Positions 10,642 through 21,157 of a DNA stretch of 64,000 bases are shown in pieces. Made by a program: the position numbers and the translations under genes. Each line of letters starts with the position of its first letter. Positions within the stretch are counted from its first letter, which is position 1. Under the pieces are notes generated by a model. It did no database searches and had not been told where the DNA came from. It saw only the letters and a program-made list of their open reading frames with translations. Origin of the DNA: Staphylococcus phage VB_SavM_JYL01; sequence record MH159197.1; one strand, written 5' to 3'.

Positions 10642-10945
10642 TTTAGTAGATTTAAATACAGCAATTAGACAAAAGAAAGATGTTATTGTCATGATTACAC
10701 AAGATAATTGTGGTAAGTGTGAAATCTTAAAAAGTGTAATCCCTATGTTCCAGGATTCAGGGGATATTAAGAAACCTATTTTAACACTTAATTTAGATGC
10801 AGAAGATGTAGATAGAGAAAAGGCTGTTAAGTTATTTGATATCATGAGTACACCAGTATTAATTGGGTATAAAGATGGTCAGTTAGTTAAAAAATATGAA
10901 GACCAAGTTACACCAATGCAATTACAAGAATTAGAGTCACTTTAA
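10625..10945 (+). CDS. NrdH/thioredoxin-like redoxin (CGKC active site)
   Basis: ~105 aa protein with CxxC motif CGKC next to the RNR genes; start uncertain (10613/10625/10634). Confidence 0.6.
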   Translation: MEKMNNLVDLNTAIRQKKDVIVMITQDNCGKCEILKSVIPMFQDSGDIKKPILTLNLDAEDVDREKAVKLFDIMSTPVLIGYKDGQLVKKYEDQVTPMQLQELESL

Positions 10946-10954
10946 TTTGGAATT

Positions 10955-11004
10955 TCCTACTATCTGTGCTATACTATAATAGTACAAGGTAGTAGGATTT
11001 TTTT
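10955..11004 (+). terminator. hairpin + T-run after the redoxin gene
   Basis: tcctacta/tagtagga stem with a large loop, then ttttttt. Confidence 0.4.
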
Positions 11005-11152
11005 AATGAAAGGAAGATGACATATCGCAAAGAATAAAACATTAACGATATATAATAGTGATAGATATTTTAATATACACACAAAAGATAAAGATAAAAT
11101 TAATGAGGCTATTAAAGTCACACACGGTAATGAAGAAGAAATTGAAAAGAAT

Positions 11153-11749
11153 ATGGATGAACTAATATCTAAATCTAGACGATATATTATGAGAGATGAA
11201 AATCATTATATGTTATTTAATGAGAAATACAATAATGATAGGCTCATAGAGAAAGTATGTAAACATGGTGGTAAAGTTACATACTATACTGATTCAGTAT
11301 TACCTTATTATGTTTTAAAAGACTTATCTAGTCACCCTGATTCAGAAGTTGTTTATCGTATGCGTAACGGCTTTACTGCAAAAGAAGTAGATAATATAGC
11401 TTTATCATTTATGGGAACAAAAGTTATTATTGATATTTCTGTGGTATTTCCTTATGTAAATCCTTATGATATTATTAGAAGTTTACATGATATTAAAACA
11501 AATGTAGATGAAGTTCATTTATCATTTCCTCGTATATTAGAAGTAGATGAAAAACAAGAAAAATTTTATTTCTTTGATGGTGAAGCTTATGATTTAAAAC
11601 CTGAATATAAAGTTGATTTTGCAGATAAAATTAGAGTGTCCCTATCAGTATGGAAAATGTATATCTATATCTTAACAAGTAGTCGTGATTTTGAAGATGT
11701 AGACAATGTAATTACGAAACTAAAACAACAACGAAAGATTAAGATATAA
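11153..11749 (+). CDS. hypothetical protein
   Basis: ORF track. Confidence 0.5.
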   Translation: MDELISKSRRYIMRDENHYMLFNEKYNNDRLIEKVCKHGGKVTYYTDSVLPYYVLKDLSSHPDSEVVYRMRNGFTAKEVDNIALSFMGTKVIIDISVVFPYVNPYDIIRSLHDIKTNVDEVHLSFPRILEVDEKQEKFYFFDGEAYDLKPEYKVDFADKIRVSLSVWKMYIYILTSSRDFEDVDNVITKLKQQRKIKI

Positions 11750-11758
11750 GGTGATTAT

Positions 11759-12064
11759 ATGAGTACAGCAAATAGAAGAGATATAGCAAGGAAGATATCA
11801 GAGAACACAGGTTATTATATACAAGATGTAGAAGAGATACTAAGTGCAGAGACAGATGCTATTTCTGACTTACTAGAAGAAGGGTATACTAAAGTAAAGA
11901 ATCATAAATTTATGCAAATAGAAGTTATTGAAAGAAAAGGTAAAAAAGCTTGGGATGGGCTGAATAAAGAATATTTCCATTTACCTAATAGAAAAGCTAT
12001 AAAATTTAAACCACTTAAAGAATTAGAAGAGGTTATTGATAGACTTAATGAAGAAGAGAAATAA
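11759..12064 (+). CDS. HU/IHF-like DNA-binding protein
   Basis: ~100 aa; pattern RRDIARKISENTG...DVEEIL...KFKP consistent with the HU/IHF fold. Confidence 0.5.
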   Translation: MSTANRRDIARKISENTGYYIQDVEEILSAETDAISDLLEEGYTKVKNHKFMQIEVIERKGKKAWDGLNKEYFHLPNRKAIKFKPLKELEEVIDRLNEEEK

Positions 12065-12080
12065 TTCTCTTCTTTTTTTA
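12053..12080 (+). terminator. intrinsic terminator
   Basis: gaagagaa-ataa-ttctcttc followed by ttttttta. Confidence 0.6.
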
Positions 12081-12109
12081 TTGACAAGATTTAAAATATA
12101 TGGTATAGT
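12081..12109 (+). promoter_or_regulatory. promoter TTGACA-17-TATAGT upstream of the DNA polymerase gene
   Basis: Consensus -35, 17-nt spacer, TG-extended -10. Confidence 0.65.
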
Positions 12110-12139
12110 ATTATTAAGTTAAAAAAGGAGAGGAATTAA

Positions 12140-15100
12140 ATGAAAGTATTAATCTTATTTGACCACATTAGAGAAGAACATTTTTCTGTAAGTAAAGATG
12201 GGAGTGTGAAATCTAATGTATTAAATACACCTAATGGAAAAACACTTAAGAAATTACTTGAGAAGTGTTCTAACTTAAAGAGAGATAAAACAAACAGAGA
12301 CTATGATATTGATTTTCTCTATAACGCAGTACCTACACCTATTAGAAATGATTATGGTAAAATTATTAAATACCAAGATGTTAAACAAGCAGAAGTAAAA
12401 CCATATTATGAAAGAATGAATAACATTATTATTGATAACTCCTATGATATGATAATTCCTGTTGGTAAACTAGGTGTTAAATACTTATTAAATGTTACAG
12501 CTATAGGTAAAGTAAGAGGAGTACCAAGTAAAGTAACAATTGAAAATGAAATATCTTCTCATGATGTATGGGTACTACCTACGTATAGTATTGAATATAC
12601 GAATGTAAATAAAAATAGTGAACGTCATGTTGTATCAGATTTACAAACAGTAGGAAAATTTGTAGAACAAGGTGAAGAAGCATTTAAACCTAAAGAAGTA
12701 TCTTACGAATTAGTAGATAACATTGAAAGAGTAAGGGAAATATTTAATAAGGAAGTAAAGAATGATAATTATGATGGTGTAGATATCACCGCATGGGACT
12801 TAGAGACTAACTCATTAAAGCCTGATAAGGAAGGAAGTAAACCTTTAGTATTATCACTATCATGGAGAAATGGTCAAGGTGTGACTATACCTTTATACAA
12901 ATCGGACTTTAATTGGGAAAATGGTCAAGAAGATATTGATGAAGTACTAGAATTACTTAAGAATTGGTTAGCTAGTAAAGAAGATATTAAGGTGGCACAT
13001 AATGGTAAATATGATATTAAATTTTTAATGAGTACTGAGAACTTTAAAGATTTTGAGAACATTCAAGATACTAAAGTAGGTTGGTATTTAGCTGTCACAC
13101 AAGAAGTTAAAGAATCTTTGAGATTATCTGACTTAGCTTACGAGGTAACAGATGTCGGAGGTTATGATAAACCACTAGAAGATTTTAAATTATGGTTTGT
13201 TACTAAGTTATTAAGATTTTTCTCTGATAAAATTAAAGAAATACAGAAAGAAAATAAAAAAATTGCTAAGAAAGAGTATGATGTTAAAGCTCCTGAATAC
13301 AAAGAGTGGTTAGAGACTAAATTAAATGAAACAATAGTAGAATTAGATGATACTGAGAAGAAATTTAGAGTTAGTGAATTAGAGAAAAAATACATTCAGT
13401 TAGGTCTTTCACCTGAAATTGTAAACATGAATTTAGTTATGAACAACGATGAATTTATTAGTATTGCAGAGCAATCACCTGAATATATGGGATTATCTGA
13501 TTACGCTAAATCTTACACACTGAATACTGCAATTGATTTAATTAACAAGTATAGAGATGTAAAAGATGTAATTAATGATATTGATGGAGGTAACTTTAAC
13601 TATGATTGGTTCCCTATTGAGTTAATGCACCCGTACGCATCAGGAGACACTGATGTATGTAGAAGAATTCATTGTGATGTTGTTAAGAAACTTAAAGAGC
13701 AAGATAGACCTAAGTCAATGCATTTATTAGAAGTTAATTACCCAAGACTTACTAAATCATTAGCTAGAATTGAATCAAATGGTTTATACTGTGATTTAGA
13801 TTACATGAAAGAAAATGATGAGTCATACGAATCTGAGATGGCTAAGAACCACGCTACTATGAGAGAACATTGGGCTGTTAAAGAATTTGAAGAGTATCAA
13901 TATAACCTTTACCAAATGGCGTTAGAAGAGCATGAGAAAAAGCCAAAAGATAGAGACAAAGAGATTCATCAGTATAGAGATAAGTTTAAAGATGGTAAAT
14001 GGATGTTTTCTCCTAGCTCAGGAGACCATAAAGGTAGAGTAATTTATGATATTTTAGGAATTCAGTTACCTTATGATAAAGAGTATGTTAAAGAAAAACC
14101 ATTTAACGCTAATGTTAAAGAAGCAGACCTTACTTGGCAGGATTATAAAACAGATAAGAAAGCTATTGGTTATGCATTAGATAACTTAGAATTAAAAGAT
14201 GATGTTAAAGAACTTCTTGAATTACTTAAATATCATGCTAGTATGCAGACAAAACGTAACTCATTTACTAAGAAATTACCTAATATGATTAATAAACAAA
14301 AACGAACATTACATGGTTCTTTTTCTGAGACAGGTACAGAGACATCAAGATTAAGTAGTAGTAATCCTAACTTACAAAACTTACCTGCTCATACATCAGA
14401 TGTAAACAAGTTTGATTATAAACATCCAATTAAACGTTCATTTGTTTCTAGATTTGAAAATGGAGTACTACTAGGAGCCGACTATAGTGCCCTAGAGATG
14501 CGTATTATTGGATTATTTACTAAAGACCCTGATATGCTACAATCATTCTTAAATGGTGAGGATATTCATAAGGCTACGGCAAGTATTGTTTATAATAAAC
14601 CAGTAGAAGAAGTAACTAAAGAAGAGAGACAAGCAACTAAAGCAGTTAACTTTGGGCTAGCCTTTGGAGAATCACCATTCTCATTTGCAGGTAAAAATAA
14701 TATGGAAGTAAGTGAAGCAGAAGAAATATTTGAAAAGTACTTCCAAACAAAACCTAGTGTAAAAACTTCTATTGACAATGTACATGAATTTGTGCAACAA
14801 TATGGTTATGTTGATACAATGCACGGTCATAGAAGATTTATACGTTCAGCACAATCAACAGATAAAAAGATAAAAAATGAAGGTCTAAGACAATCATTTA
14901 ATACTATTATCCAGGGTTCAGGTAGTTTCCTAACAAATATGTCTTTAACTTACTTAGATGATTTTATTCAGTCTCGTAACTTGAAATCAAAAGTTATTGC
15001 TACAGTACACGATAGTATCTTAATTGATTGCCCTCCTGAAGAGGCTAAGATTATGGCTAAAGTGACAATTCATATTATGGAGAATTTACCGTTTGATTTC

Positions 15101-15358
15101 TTAAAAGCAGAAATTGACGGGAAAGAAGTACAATACCCAATAGAAGCTGATATGGAAATTGGTTTAAATTATAATGATATGGTTGAATACGATGAAGAAG
15201 AAATTGATACATTTAATTCTTACCAAGGTTATATTAAGTACATGATGAATTTACAGACTTTAGAAGATTATAAAGAGTCAGGTAAATTAACTGATGAACA
15301 ATTTGAAAAAGCTACTAATGTTGTTAAAAGTGAAAAACATATCTATCAAGAAATTTAA
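12140..15358 (+). CDS. DNA polymerase, family A, with 3'-5' exonuclease domain; uninterrupted
   Basis: 1072 aa; ExoI-like DLETNS, motif A ADYSALEMRI, motif C VHDSILID; single continuous frame. Confidence 0.9.
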   Translation: MKVLILFDHIREEHFSVSKDGSVKSNVLNTPNGKTLKKLLEKCSNLKRDKTNRDYDIDFLYNAVPTPIRNDYGKIIKYQDVKQAEVKPYYERMNNIIIDNSYDMIIPVGKLGVKYLLNVTAIGKVRGVPSKVTIENEISSHDVWVLPTYSIEYTNVNKNSERHVVSDLQTVGKFVEQGEEAFKPKEVSYELVDNIERVREIFNKEVKNDNYDGVDITAWDLETNSLKPDKEGSKPLVLSLSWRNGQGVTIPLYKSDFNWENGQEDIDEVLELLKNWLASKEDIKVAHNGKYDIKFLMSTENFKDFENIQDTKVGWYLAVTQEVKESLRLSDLAYEVTDVGGYDKPLEDFKLWFVTKLLRFFSDKIKEIQKENKKIAKKEYDVKAPEYKEWLETKLNETIVELDDTEKKFRVSELEKKYIQLGLSPEIVNMNLVMNNDEFISIAEQSPEYMGLSDYAKSYTLNTAIDLINKYRDVKDVINDIDGGNFNYDWFPIELMHPYASGDTDVCRRIHCDVVKKLKEQDRPKSMHLLEVNYPRLTKSLARIESNGLYCDLDYMKENDESYESEMAKNHATMREHWAVKEFEEYQYNLYQMALEEHEKKPKDRDKEIHQYRDKFKDGKWMFSPSSGDHKGRVIYDILGIQLPYDKEYVKEKPFNANVKEADLTWQDYKTDKKAIGYALDNLELKDDVKELLELLKYHASMQTKRNSFTKKLPNMINKQKRTLHGSFSETGTETSRLSSSNPNLQNLPAHTSDVNKFDYKHPIKRSFVSRFENGVLLGADYSALEMRIIGLFTKDPDMLQSFLNGEDIHKATASIVYNKPVEEVTKEERQATKAVNFGLAFGESPFSFAGKNNMEVSEAEEIFEKYFQTKPSVKTSIDNVHEFVQQYGYVDTMHGHRRFIRSAQSTDKKIKNEGLRQSFNTIIQGSGSFLTNMSLTYLDDFIQSRNLKSKVIATVHDSILIDCPPEEAKIMAKVTIHIMENLPFDFLKAEIDGKEVQYPIEADMEIGLNYNDMVEYDEEEIDTFNSYQGYIKYMMNLQTLEDYKESGKLTDEQFEKATNVVKSEKHIYQEI

Positions 15359-15366
15359 TAAAAGTA

Positions 15367-15395
15367 TTGACAATATGTTTCACTTATGTTATACT
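15367..15395 (+). promoter_or_regulatory. promoter TTGACA-17-TATACT
   Basis: Consensus hexamers with 17-nt spacer. Confidence 0.6.
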
Positions 15396-15670
15396 ATATA
15401 GGTAATAAGTATAAGGAGGAAAAAAGAGTGAATACAGGAGAGATTAGATTTAATCGTTCTATGGATGAATGGATTATAACAAGTATGTACCAGGATGAAT
15501 TAGGTGAAATGAATATTGTTGTTACATTCTATAATAGAGAAGAAAATAAACATGGCTCTACCGTTTTACCAACAGAGTCATCTACTGGAGAAGTAACAGA
15601 AGAATTAGCAAGTCTTGAAGAAGAATATCCTTTAGCTTTACCGTTAAGTAGTATTTCAGTTAATATTTAA
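15386..15670 (+). CDS. hypothetical protein (possibly GTG start near 15428)
   Basis: ORF track; AGGAGG precedes GTG. Confidence 0.4.
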   Translation: MLYYIGNKYKEEKRVNTGEIRFNRSMDEWIITSMYQDELGEMNIVVTFYNREENKHGSTVLPTESSTGEVTEELASLEEEYPLALPLSSISVNI

Positions 15671-15686
15671 AAGGAGGAACTGATAA

Positions 15687-16169
15687 ATGGAGATACACAT
15701 TGATTCCCTAGATTTTACAAATTTTACTATTAAAGATAGAAATGGGAACTCACAAGAGTTTGATATTACAGATGAATTAAAGATTACAGAATATACAATA
15801 CAAGAAGATTTTATGCAACAATCAGCTAAGTACGCTTTTTGGGCTTCTATATTAGAGAAGGTCAGAGCATATTCTGAAATGGAGCAAAGAAATTTAGAAA
15901 CAATTGGTAGTAAGCTTAATCTCACAATTAGACAAGAGTATGAACAACAAGGTAAAAAGCCTACTAAAGATATGATTGAGTCTAGTGTGTATATTCATGA
16001 TTCCTATCAACAACAACTTAAAGTTGTTGAGGCTTGGAATTATAAAGTTAAACAACTTCAATATGTTGTAAAAGCTTTTGAAACAAGAAGAGATATGATG
16101 ATTCAATTAGGTGCAGAGTTACGACAAACAAATAAAAATGGTGGAATTACTAACCCATTTTCACATTAA
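15687..16169 (+). CDS. hypothetical protein
   Basis: ORF track; SD aaggagga. Confidence 0.5.
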   Translation: MEIHIDSLDFTNFTIKDRNGNSQEFDITDELKITEYTIQEDFMQQSAKYAFWASILEKVRAYSEMEQRNLETIGSKLNLTIRQEYEQQGKKPTKDMIESSVYIHDSYQQQLKVVEAWNYKVKQLQYVVKAFETRRDMMIQLGAELRQTNKNGGITNPFSH

Positions 16170-16190
16170 AAAAGAAAGTAAAGAATATAA

Positions 16191-16219
16191 TTGACAAATA
16201 TAAAAAACTATGTTATAAT
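16191..16219 (+). promoter_or_regulatory. promoter TTGACA-17-TATAAT
   Basis: Perfect consensus. Confidence 0.65.
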
Positions 16220-16255
16220 AAATAAGTAAATTAATTAAAAGGAGAAAAGATAATT

Positions 16256-17527
16256 ATGGATTTCAATCAATTTATTAACAATGAGGCAAGCAAATTAGAA
16301 AGTAATAACAGTTCTTTTAACAACAATGTAGAGAGCTATAAACCTAAAAACCCTGTATTACGATTAGGTAATATTAAAGATGCAAATGGAAATAAAGTTA
16401 CTAAAGAAAATGCTTTTGTACGAGTATTACCTCCTGCACAAGGAACAAATGTTTTCTTTAAAGAATTTAGAACAACAGGTATTAACTACTCTAAGAAAGA
16501 TGGTTCTCAAGGATTCACAGGACTAACATTACCTGCAGAACCAGGTTCATCTGTCCTTGACCCTTACATTCAGGACTGGATAACAAATGGCGTTCAATTT
16601 AGTAGATTCCCTAATAAACCTGGAGTACGTTATTACATTCATGTTATTGAATACTTTAATAATAACGGACAAATTCAACCTAAAACAGATGAGCAAGGAA
16701 ATGTAATGATTCAACCTATGGAGTTATCAAACACAGGATATAAAGAATTGGTAGCAAACCTTAAGGATACTATGTTAAAACCGTCACCTAATGCACCTCA
16801 TAGTTTTATTTCAGCAAATGAAGCATTCTTAGTTAATATTGCTAAAGCTAAAAAAGGTGAAATGTCATGGAAAGTAAGTGTTTATCCTAATGCTCCTTTA
16901 GGTGCATTACCTCAAGGATGGGAACAACAATTATCAGACTTAGAACAATTAGCAAAACCAACAGAAGAACAAAACCCTAACTTTGTTAACTTCTTAATCA
17001 ATAACGTTAATAACACAGAGTTAAGTCATGATAACTTTAAATTTAACCGTGAGTCTAATGTATTAGGTGAAGAACCTTCAGAACCTAAACAAGCTCCTAC
17101 TCAACAAGATATTGATAGTCAGATGCCAAGTAATATTGGAGGTCAACCTAACCAACCACAACAAGGTCAAGTAGGTCAGTATACTCAACAAGGTCAAAAT
17201 AATGGTCAAGGACAGCAGTTACAAGGTAACCAACAGCCAATTAGTAATACTCAATTTGGTCAAGGAACACCTTCAGGACAACAACCTAATAATACAGGTT
17301 CAGTTGATTGGGATAACTTAGCTCAACAACAATCACAACCGGATTCAAATCCTTTTAATGACTTTGATGTAAACAGTGTTGATGATTCACAAGTACCTTT
17401 TGAGACACAACCTCAAAACACACAACAAGCACCTGAACCACAACAAACTACTCAGGAGCCTCCAAAACAAAAACAAACACAAAGTATTGACGATGTATTA
17501 GGTGGTCTAGACTTAGATAACCTATAA
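16256..17527 (+). CDS. hypothetical protein; SSB-like architecture (folded N-domain, Q/N/P-rich disordered linker, acidic-hydrophobic C-terminal tip)
   Basis: Composition only: ~280 aa domain, then ~120 aa QQGQ/PQ-rich low complexity ending DDVLGGLDLDNL; position between polymerase and recombinase. Confidence 0.5.
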   Translation: MDFNQFINNEASKLESNNSSFNNNVESYKPKNPVLRLGNIKDANGNKVTKENAFVRVLPPAQGTNVFFKEFRTTGINYSKKDGSQGFTGLTLPAEPGSSVLDPYIQDWITNGVQFSRFPNKPGVRYYIHVIEYFNNNGQIQPKTDEQGNVMIQPMELSNTGYKELVANLKDTMLKPSPNAPHSFISANEAFLVNIAKAKKGEMSWKVSVYPNAPLGALPQGWEQQLSDLEQLAKPTEEQNPNFVNFLINNVNNTELSHDNFKFNRESNVLGEEPSEPKQAPTQQDIDSQMPSNIGGQPNQPQQGQVGQYTQQGQNNGQGQQLQGNQQPISNTQFGQGTPSGQQPNNTGSVDWDNLAQQQSQPDSNPFNDFDVNSVDDSQVPFETQPQNTQQAPEPQQTTQEPPKQKQTQSIDDVLGGLDLDNL

Positions 17528-17532
17528 GATAT

Positions 17533-17559
17533 AGAGTGCCTTAGAGCACTCTTTTATTT
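17533..17559 (+). terminator. intrinsic terminator
   Basis: agagtgc-cttaga-gcactct then ttttattt. Confidence 0.6.
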
Positions 17560-17586
17560 GAGATATAATTACTAGGAGGATATTAA

Positions 17587-18843
17587 ATGGCAAGAGCAAA
17601 AAAAGGTAAAGAAGTAGATTTAACAGATTTAAATACAATTGATTTAGGTAAAGAATTAGGATTAACATTATTATCAGATACAAATAGAGCAGATATTAAG
17701 AATGTTATACCTACAATGGTACCTCAGTATGACTATATTTTAGGTGGAGGTATACCGTTAGGTAGATTAACAGAGGTTTATGGTTTAACTGGTAGTGGTA
17801 AATCAACATTTGCAGTTCATTTGTCTAGGATTGCAACACAATTAGGTGTTATTACCATTTGGATTGATATTGAAGGAACAGCAGACAATAATCGTATGGA
17901 ACAACTTGGAGTAGATGTTTCAAAATTATTCTCTATTCAATCAGGAGAAGGTAGACTTAAAAATACAGTAGAATTATCTGTAGAGGCTGTAGGTAAAGAA
18001 TTAGAGTACTGGATTGACACATTTAATGAAAAGATACCTGGAGTACCTATTGTGTTTATTTGGGACTCACTAGGAGCTACACGAACTCAGAAAGAGATTG
18101 ACGGCGGTATTGATGAGAAACAAATGGGTCTTAAAGCATCAGCTACTCAAAAAGTAATTAATGCAGTAACACCTAAATTAAATGATACAAATACAGGGTT
18201 AATTGTTATTAATCAAGCACGTGACGATATGAATGCAGGTATGTATGGTGACCCTATTAAGTCTACAGGTGGTAGAGCATTTGAACATAGTGCTAGTTTA
18301 CGTATTAAGGTTCATAAAGCATCACAATTAAAACAAAAAAGTGAATTAACTGGTAAAGATGAATATCATGGTCATATCATGCGTATTGAAACTAAGAAAT
18401 CTAAATTATCGAGACCGGGACAAAAAGCAGAAGCAGACTTACTATCTGATTATATGGTAGGTAAAGAAGATGACCCTATATTATTAAATGGTATTGACTT
18501 AGAACATACTGTATATAAAGAAGCAGTTGAAAGAGGTTTAATTACTAAAGGTGCATGGAGAAACTATGTTACATTGAATGGTGAAGAGATTAAACTTAGA
18601 GATGCTGAATGGGTTCCTGTATTAAAAGATAATAGAGAGTTATATTTAGAATTATTCAGTAGAGTATATGGAGAGCATTTCCCTAACGGTTACTCACCAT
18701 TGCTTAATAATAAAGTAATTGTAACTCAACTAGAAGAGTATCAAGCTCTTGAAAATTACTATAAAGAATGGGCTACAGATAATAAACAAAAGGAACAAGA
18801 GGAAGAACTAAAAGGAGAATCTCAAGAAAAGGATTCTGAATAA
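17587..18843 (+). CDS. RecA/UvsX-family recombinase
   Basis: Walker A GLTGSGKST, Walker B-like IVFIWDSLGA, RecA-fold loop-region length. Confidence 0.8.
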   Translation: MARAKKGKEVDLTDLNTIDLGKELGLTLLSDTNRADIKNVIPTMVPQYDYILGGGIPLGRLTEVYGLTGSGKSTFAVHLSRIATQLGVITIWIDIEGTADNNRMEQLGVDVSKLFSIQSGEGRLKNTVELSVEAVGKELEYWIDTFNEKIPGVPIVFIWDSLGATRTQKEIDGGIDEKQMGLKASATQKVINAVTPKLNDTNTGLIVINQARDDMNAGMYGDPIKSTGGRAFEHSASLRIKVHKASQLKQKSELTGKDEYHGHIMRIETKKSKLSRPGQKAEADLLSDYMVGKEDDPILLNGIDLEHTVYKEAVERGLITKGAWRNYVTLNGEEIKLRDAEWVPVLKDNRELYLELFSRVYGEHFPNGYSPLLNNKVIVTQLEEYQALENYYKEWATDNKQKEQEEELKGESQEKDSE

Positions 18844-18846
18844 TAA

Positions 18847-19200
18847 ATGGATAATTTAATAGATAAAAACATGAATCAGGTAAAAGAATCTTTGGGGAAT
18901 GCAAATTCCTCAGATGTTCTTCCTTTACCTTATAAAGATATAGCAAAGAAATTTGAAGAAGTAAAAGAAAAAGGTGAATCAATTATCATTGAAGAAGGTG
19001 GATTCCCTTACACAGATTCTACAGTGATGTATATAGAACATGTAACAGATAGATGGGCAGGAGGATACTCCTTAATTAGACATGAAGGTGAAGAGGTTAA
19101 AGTGCCTAAAACTATCCATTTCTCTGATATATATGTTAAGGATAAGTCACATAAAGTAAGAATAATCTTCGAGGGGGCTAATCCTTATGAAGAAAGCTAA
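18847..19200 (+). CDS. hypothetical protein
   Basis: ORF track. Confidence 0.5.
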   Translation: MDNLIDKNMNQVKESLGNANSSDVLPLPYKDIAKKFEEVKEKGESIIIEEGGFPYTDSTVMYIEHVTDRWAGGYSLIRHEGEEVKVPKTIHFSDIYVKDKSHKVRIIFEGANPYEES

Positions 19201-19849
19201 CAATGGTAATAGATATGTAATAGATATAGATGGTATTCCTGTTGATTTTGAAAGAGACTTGGATAGTTTACTTAACAGGTATAAAAACCTTAGATGGTCG
19301 TTGTATCATAGATATGCAGGTATATTATCTAATGACTTTGAAAGACAAGAATTAAGAGAATATATTGATGAGCAATTTATTAAACTAGTTAAAGAATATA
19401 ATATTAGAAGTAAAGTAGATTTTCCAGGGTATATTAAAGCTAAATTAACTTTGAGAGTTCAAAATAGTTATGTTAAAAAGAATGAAAAGTATAAACGTAC
19501 TGAAATTATCGGTAAAAAAGATTATACGGTAGAGTCCTTAACAGAAGATTTAAATGAGGACTTTGAGGATAATCAAATTATGAGTTATGTATTTGATGAT
19601 ATAGAATTTACAGAAGTTCAAAGTGAGCTACTTAAAGAATTACTTATTAATCCTGAAAGAGAAGATGATGCCTTTATAGTTTCTCAAGTAGCGGAGAAGT
19701 TTGATATGAAAAGAAAAGAAGTAGCAAGTGAATTGACAGAATTAAGAGATTATGTTAGATTTAAAATAAATGCATATCATGAGTACTACGCAAAGAAAGA
19801 ATTAAATAATCATAGAGTTAATACTGAAAATCATATTTGGGAAAACTAG
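19187..19849 (+). CDS. sigma-factor-like protein (region 2/4-like)
   Basis: 220 aa; C-terminal helix-turn-helix-like DAFIVSQVAEKFDMKRKEVASELTELR; Kayvirus-like position after the recombinase. Confidence 0.5.
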   Translation: MKKANNGNRYVIDIDGIPVDFERDLDSLLNRYKNLRWSLYHRYAGILSNDFERQELREYIDEQFIKLVKEYNIRSKVDFPGYIKAKLTLRVQNSYVKKNEKYKRTEIIGKKDYTVESLTEDLNEDFEDNQIMSYVFDDIEFTEVQSELLKELLINPEREDDAFIVSQVAEKFDMKRKEVASELTELRDYVRFKINAYHEYYAKKELNNHRVNTENHIWEN

Positions 19850-19976
19850 TTACAGTGCCTTCCTTGTGTTATATTATTATCGAGAATTCAATAATAAAGC
19901 ATAGGGAAGGCTTTTTTCTATGTCTTATAGAATGCTTTAAAATAGATTACTAAAATAAAGATTGGAGATTAAGCTT

Positions 19977-20609
19977 ATGGCTAAAAAGAATGTTAATGAT
20001 GTATTACAACAAGAATCTGTTACAGTAGCAGATAAGTATTTACAAGTTAAAGTTAACCGTGACGGTTATACTCGTACACACGAAGGACAATATGCGTACA
20101 AAGTAGTTTCAGAGGGAGAAGAGTTATTCTTATACCCAGTACAAACAGATGGTAAAGGTACATTAAATGTAATGAAGAAATCACCTATTGCTTACACTGA
20201 TGGAGACAATATCCATTTTGTAGTAAATACAGTAGTAGACCCTTATAATCACTCATTTATCCGTACTGAAGATATTAAAGGATTAGATAAAGGTAAACAA
20301 CTTATTCAAGCTTTCTTAGCTTTCGTTGAAGACCGTTTCAAATTTGGTGTTTATAACGTATTTGTTGCAAATAACAAAGAAGATGTATTATCTATCGTAG
20401 ACCCTGCAGATAATGATGCAGATGAAGTTAAAGATAGTTTAGAGCATGCACATGAAGATGTAATTGCGGATTTCCCTGCTAGCCCTGCTCGTAAGGACGT
20501 TAAAGGCGTAGATTCAGGAGAAGGTCAAGGAGACACTTCAGAACCATCAGCACCTAAGAACGTTCAAGTTACTCCTAAGGAAGACGGAGCAGACGTATCA
20601 GCAGAATAA
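19977..20609 (+). CDS. hypothetical protein
   Basis: ORF track from a TTG at 19962; ATG 19977 has ggag 9 nt upstream. Confidence 0.5.
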   Translation: MAKKNVNDVLQQESVTVADKYLQVKVNRDGYTRTHEGQYAYKVVSEGEELFLYPVQTDGKGTLNVMKKSPIAYTDGDNIHFVVNTVVDPYNHSFIRTEDIKGLDKGKQLIQAFLAFVEDRFKFGVYNVFVANNKEDVLSIVDPADNDADEVKDSLEHAHEDVIADFPASPARKDVKGVDSGEGQGDTSEPSAPKNVQVTPKEDGADVSAE

Positions 20610-20621
20610 TATAGATAAAGG

Positions 20622-21143
20622 ATGGTAAATTTGGCTAAGTTAAATTTATACAAAGGTAATGAGTTACTAAACAGCGTAGAGAAAACAGAAGGAAAATCAA
20701 CAATCACGATTGAGAATTTAGATGCTAACACAGATTACCCTAAAGGTACTTTTAAAGTATCATTCTCAAATGATTCAGGAGAATCAGAGAAGGTCGATGT
20801 CCCTCAGTTTAAGACAAAAGCAATTAAAGTTATTTCAGTTACCCTTGACGTTGATAGTTTAGACCTTACAGTTGGAGATACTCACCAACTATCAACAACT
20901 ATCACGCCTAGTGAAGCATCTAACAAAAATGTGTCATTTGAATCAGACAAATCAGGTGTTGCTAGTGTAACATCAGAAGGATTAATTGAAGCAGTTAGTG
21001 CAGGAACAGCTAATATTACTGTAACTACTGAGGATGGTAGTCATACTGATATTGTTGCGGTAACAGTTAAGGAACCTATTCCTGAAGCACCTACAGATGT
21101 AACAGTTGAACCTGGTGAAAATAGCGCAGATATTACTGCATAG
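20622..21143 (+). CDS. Big_2 (bacterial Ig-like group 2) domain protein
   Basis: C-terminal VTLDVDSLDLTVGDTHQLSTTITPSEASNKNVSFESD...ANITVTTEDG matches Big_2 pattern. Confidence 0.65.
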   Translation: MVNLAKLNLYKGNELLNSVEKTEGKSTITIENLDANTDYPKGTFKVSFSNDSGESEKVDVPQFKTKAIKVISVTLDVDSLDLTVGDTHQLSTTITPSEASNKNVSFESDKSGVASVTSEGLIEAVSAGTANITVTTEDGSHTDIVAVTVKEPIPEAPTDVTVEPGENSADITA

Positions 21144-21157
21144 GAGGACAATAAAGA

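Noticed and set aside
12140-15358. Group I introns or inteins in the DNA polymerase and nrdE genes, as reported in some Kayvirus strains
   Set aside because: Both are single continuous frames with motifs in the expected order. The only HNH gene here (35422..36024) is free-standing.
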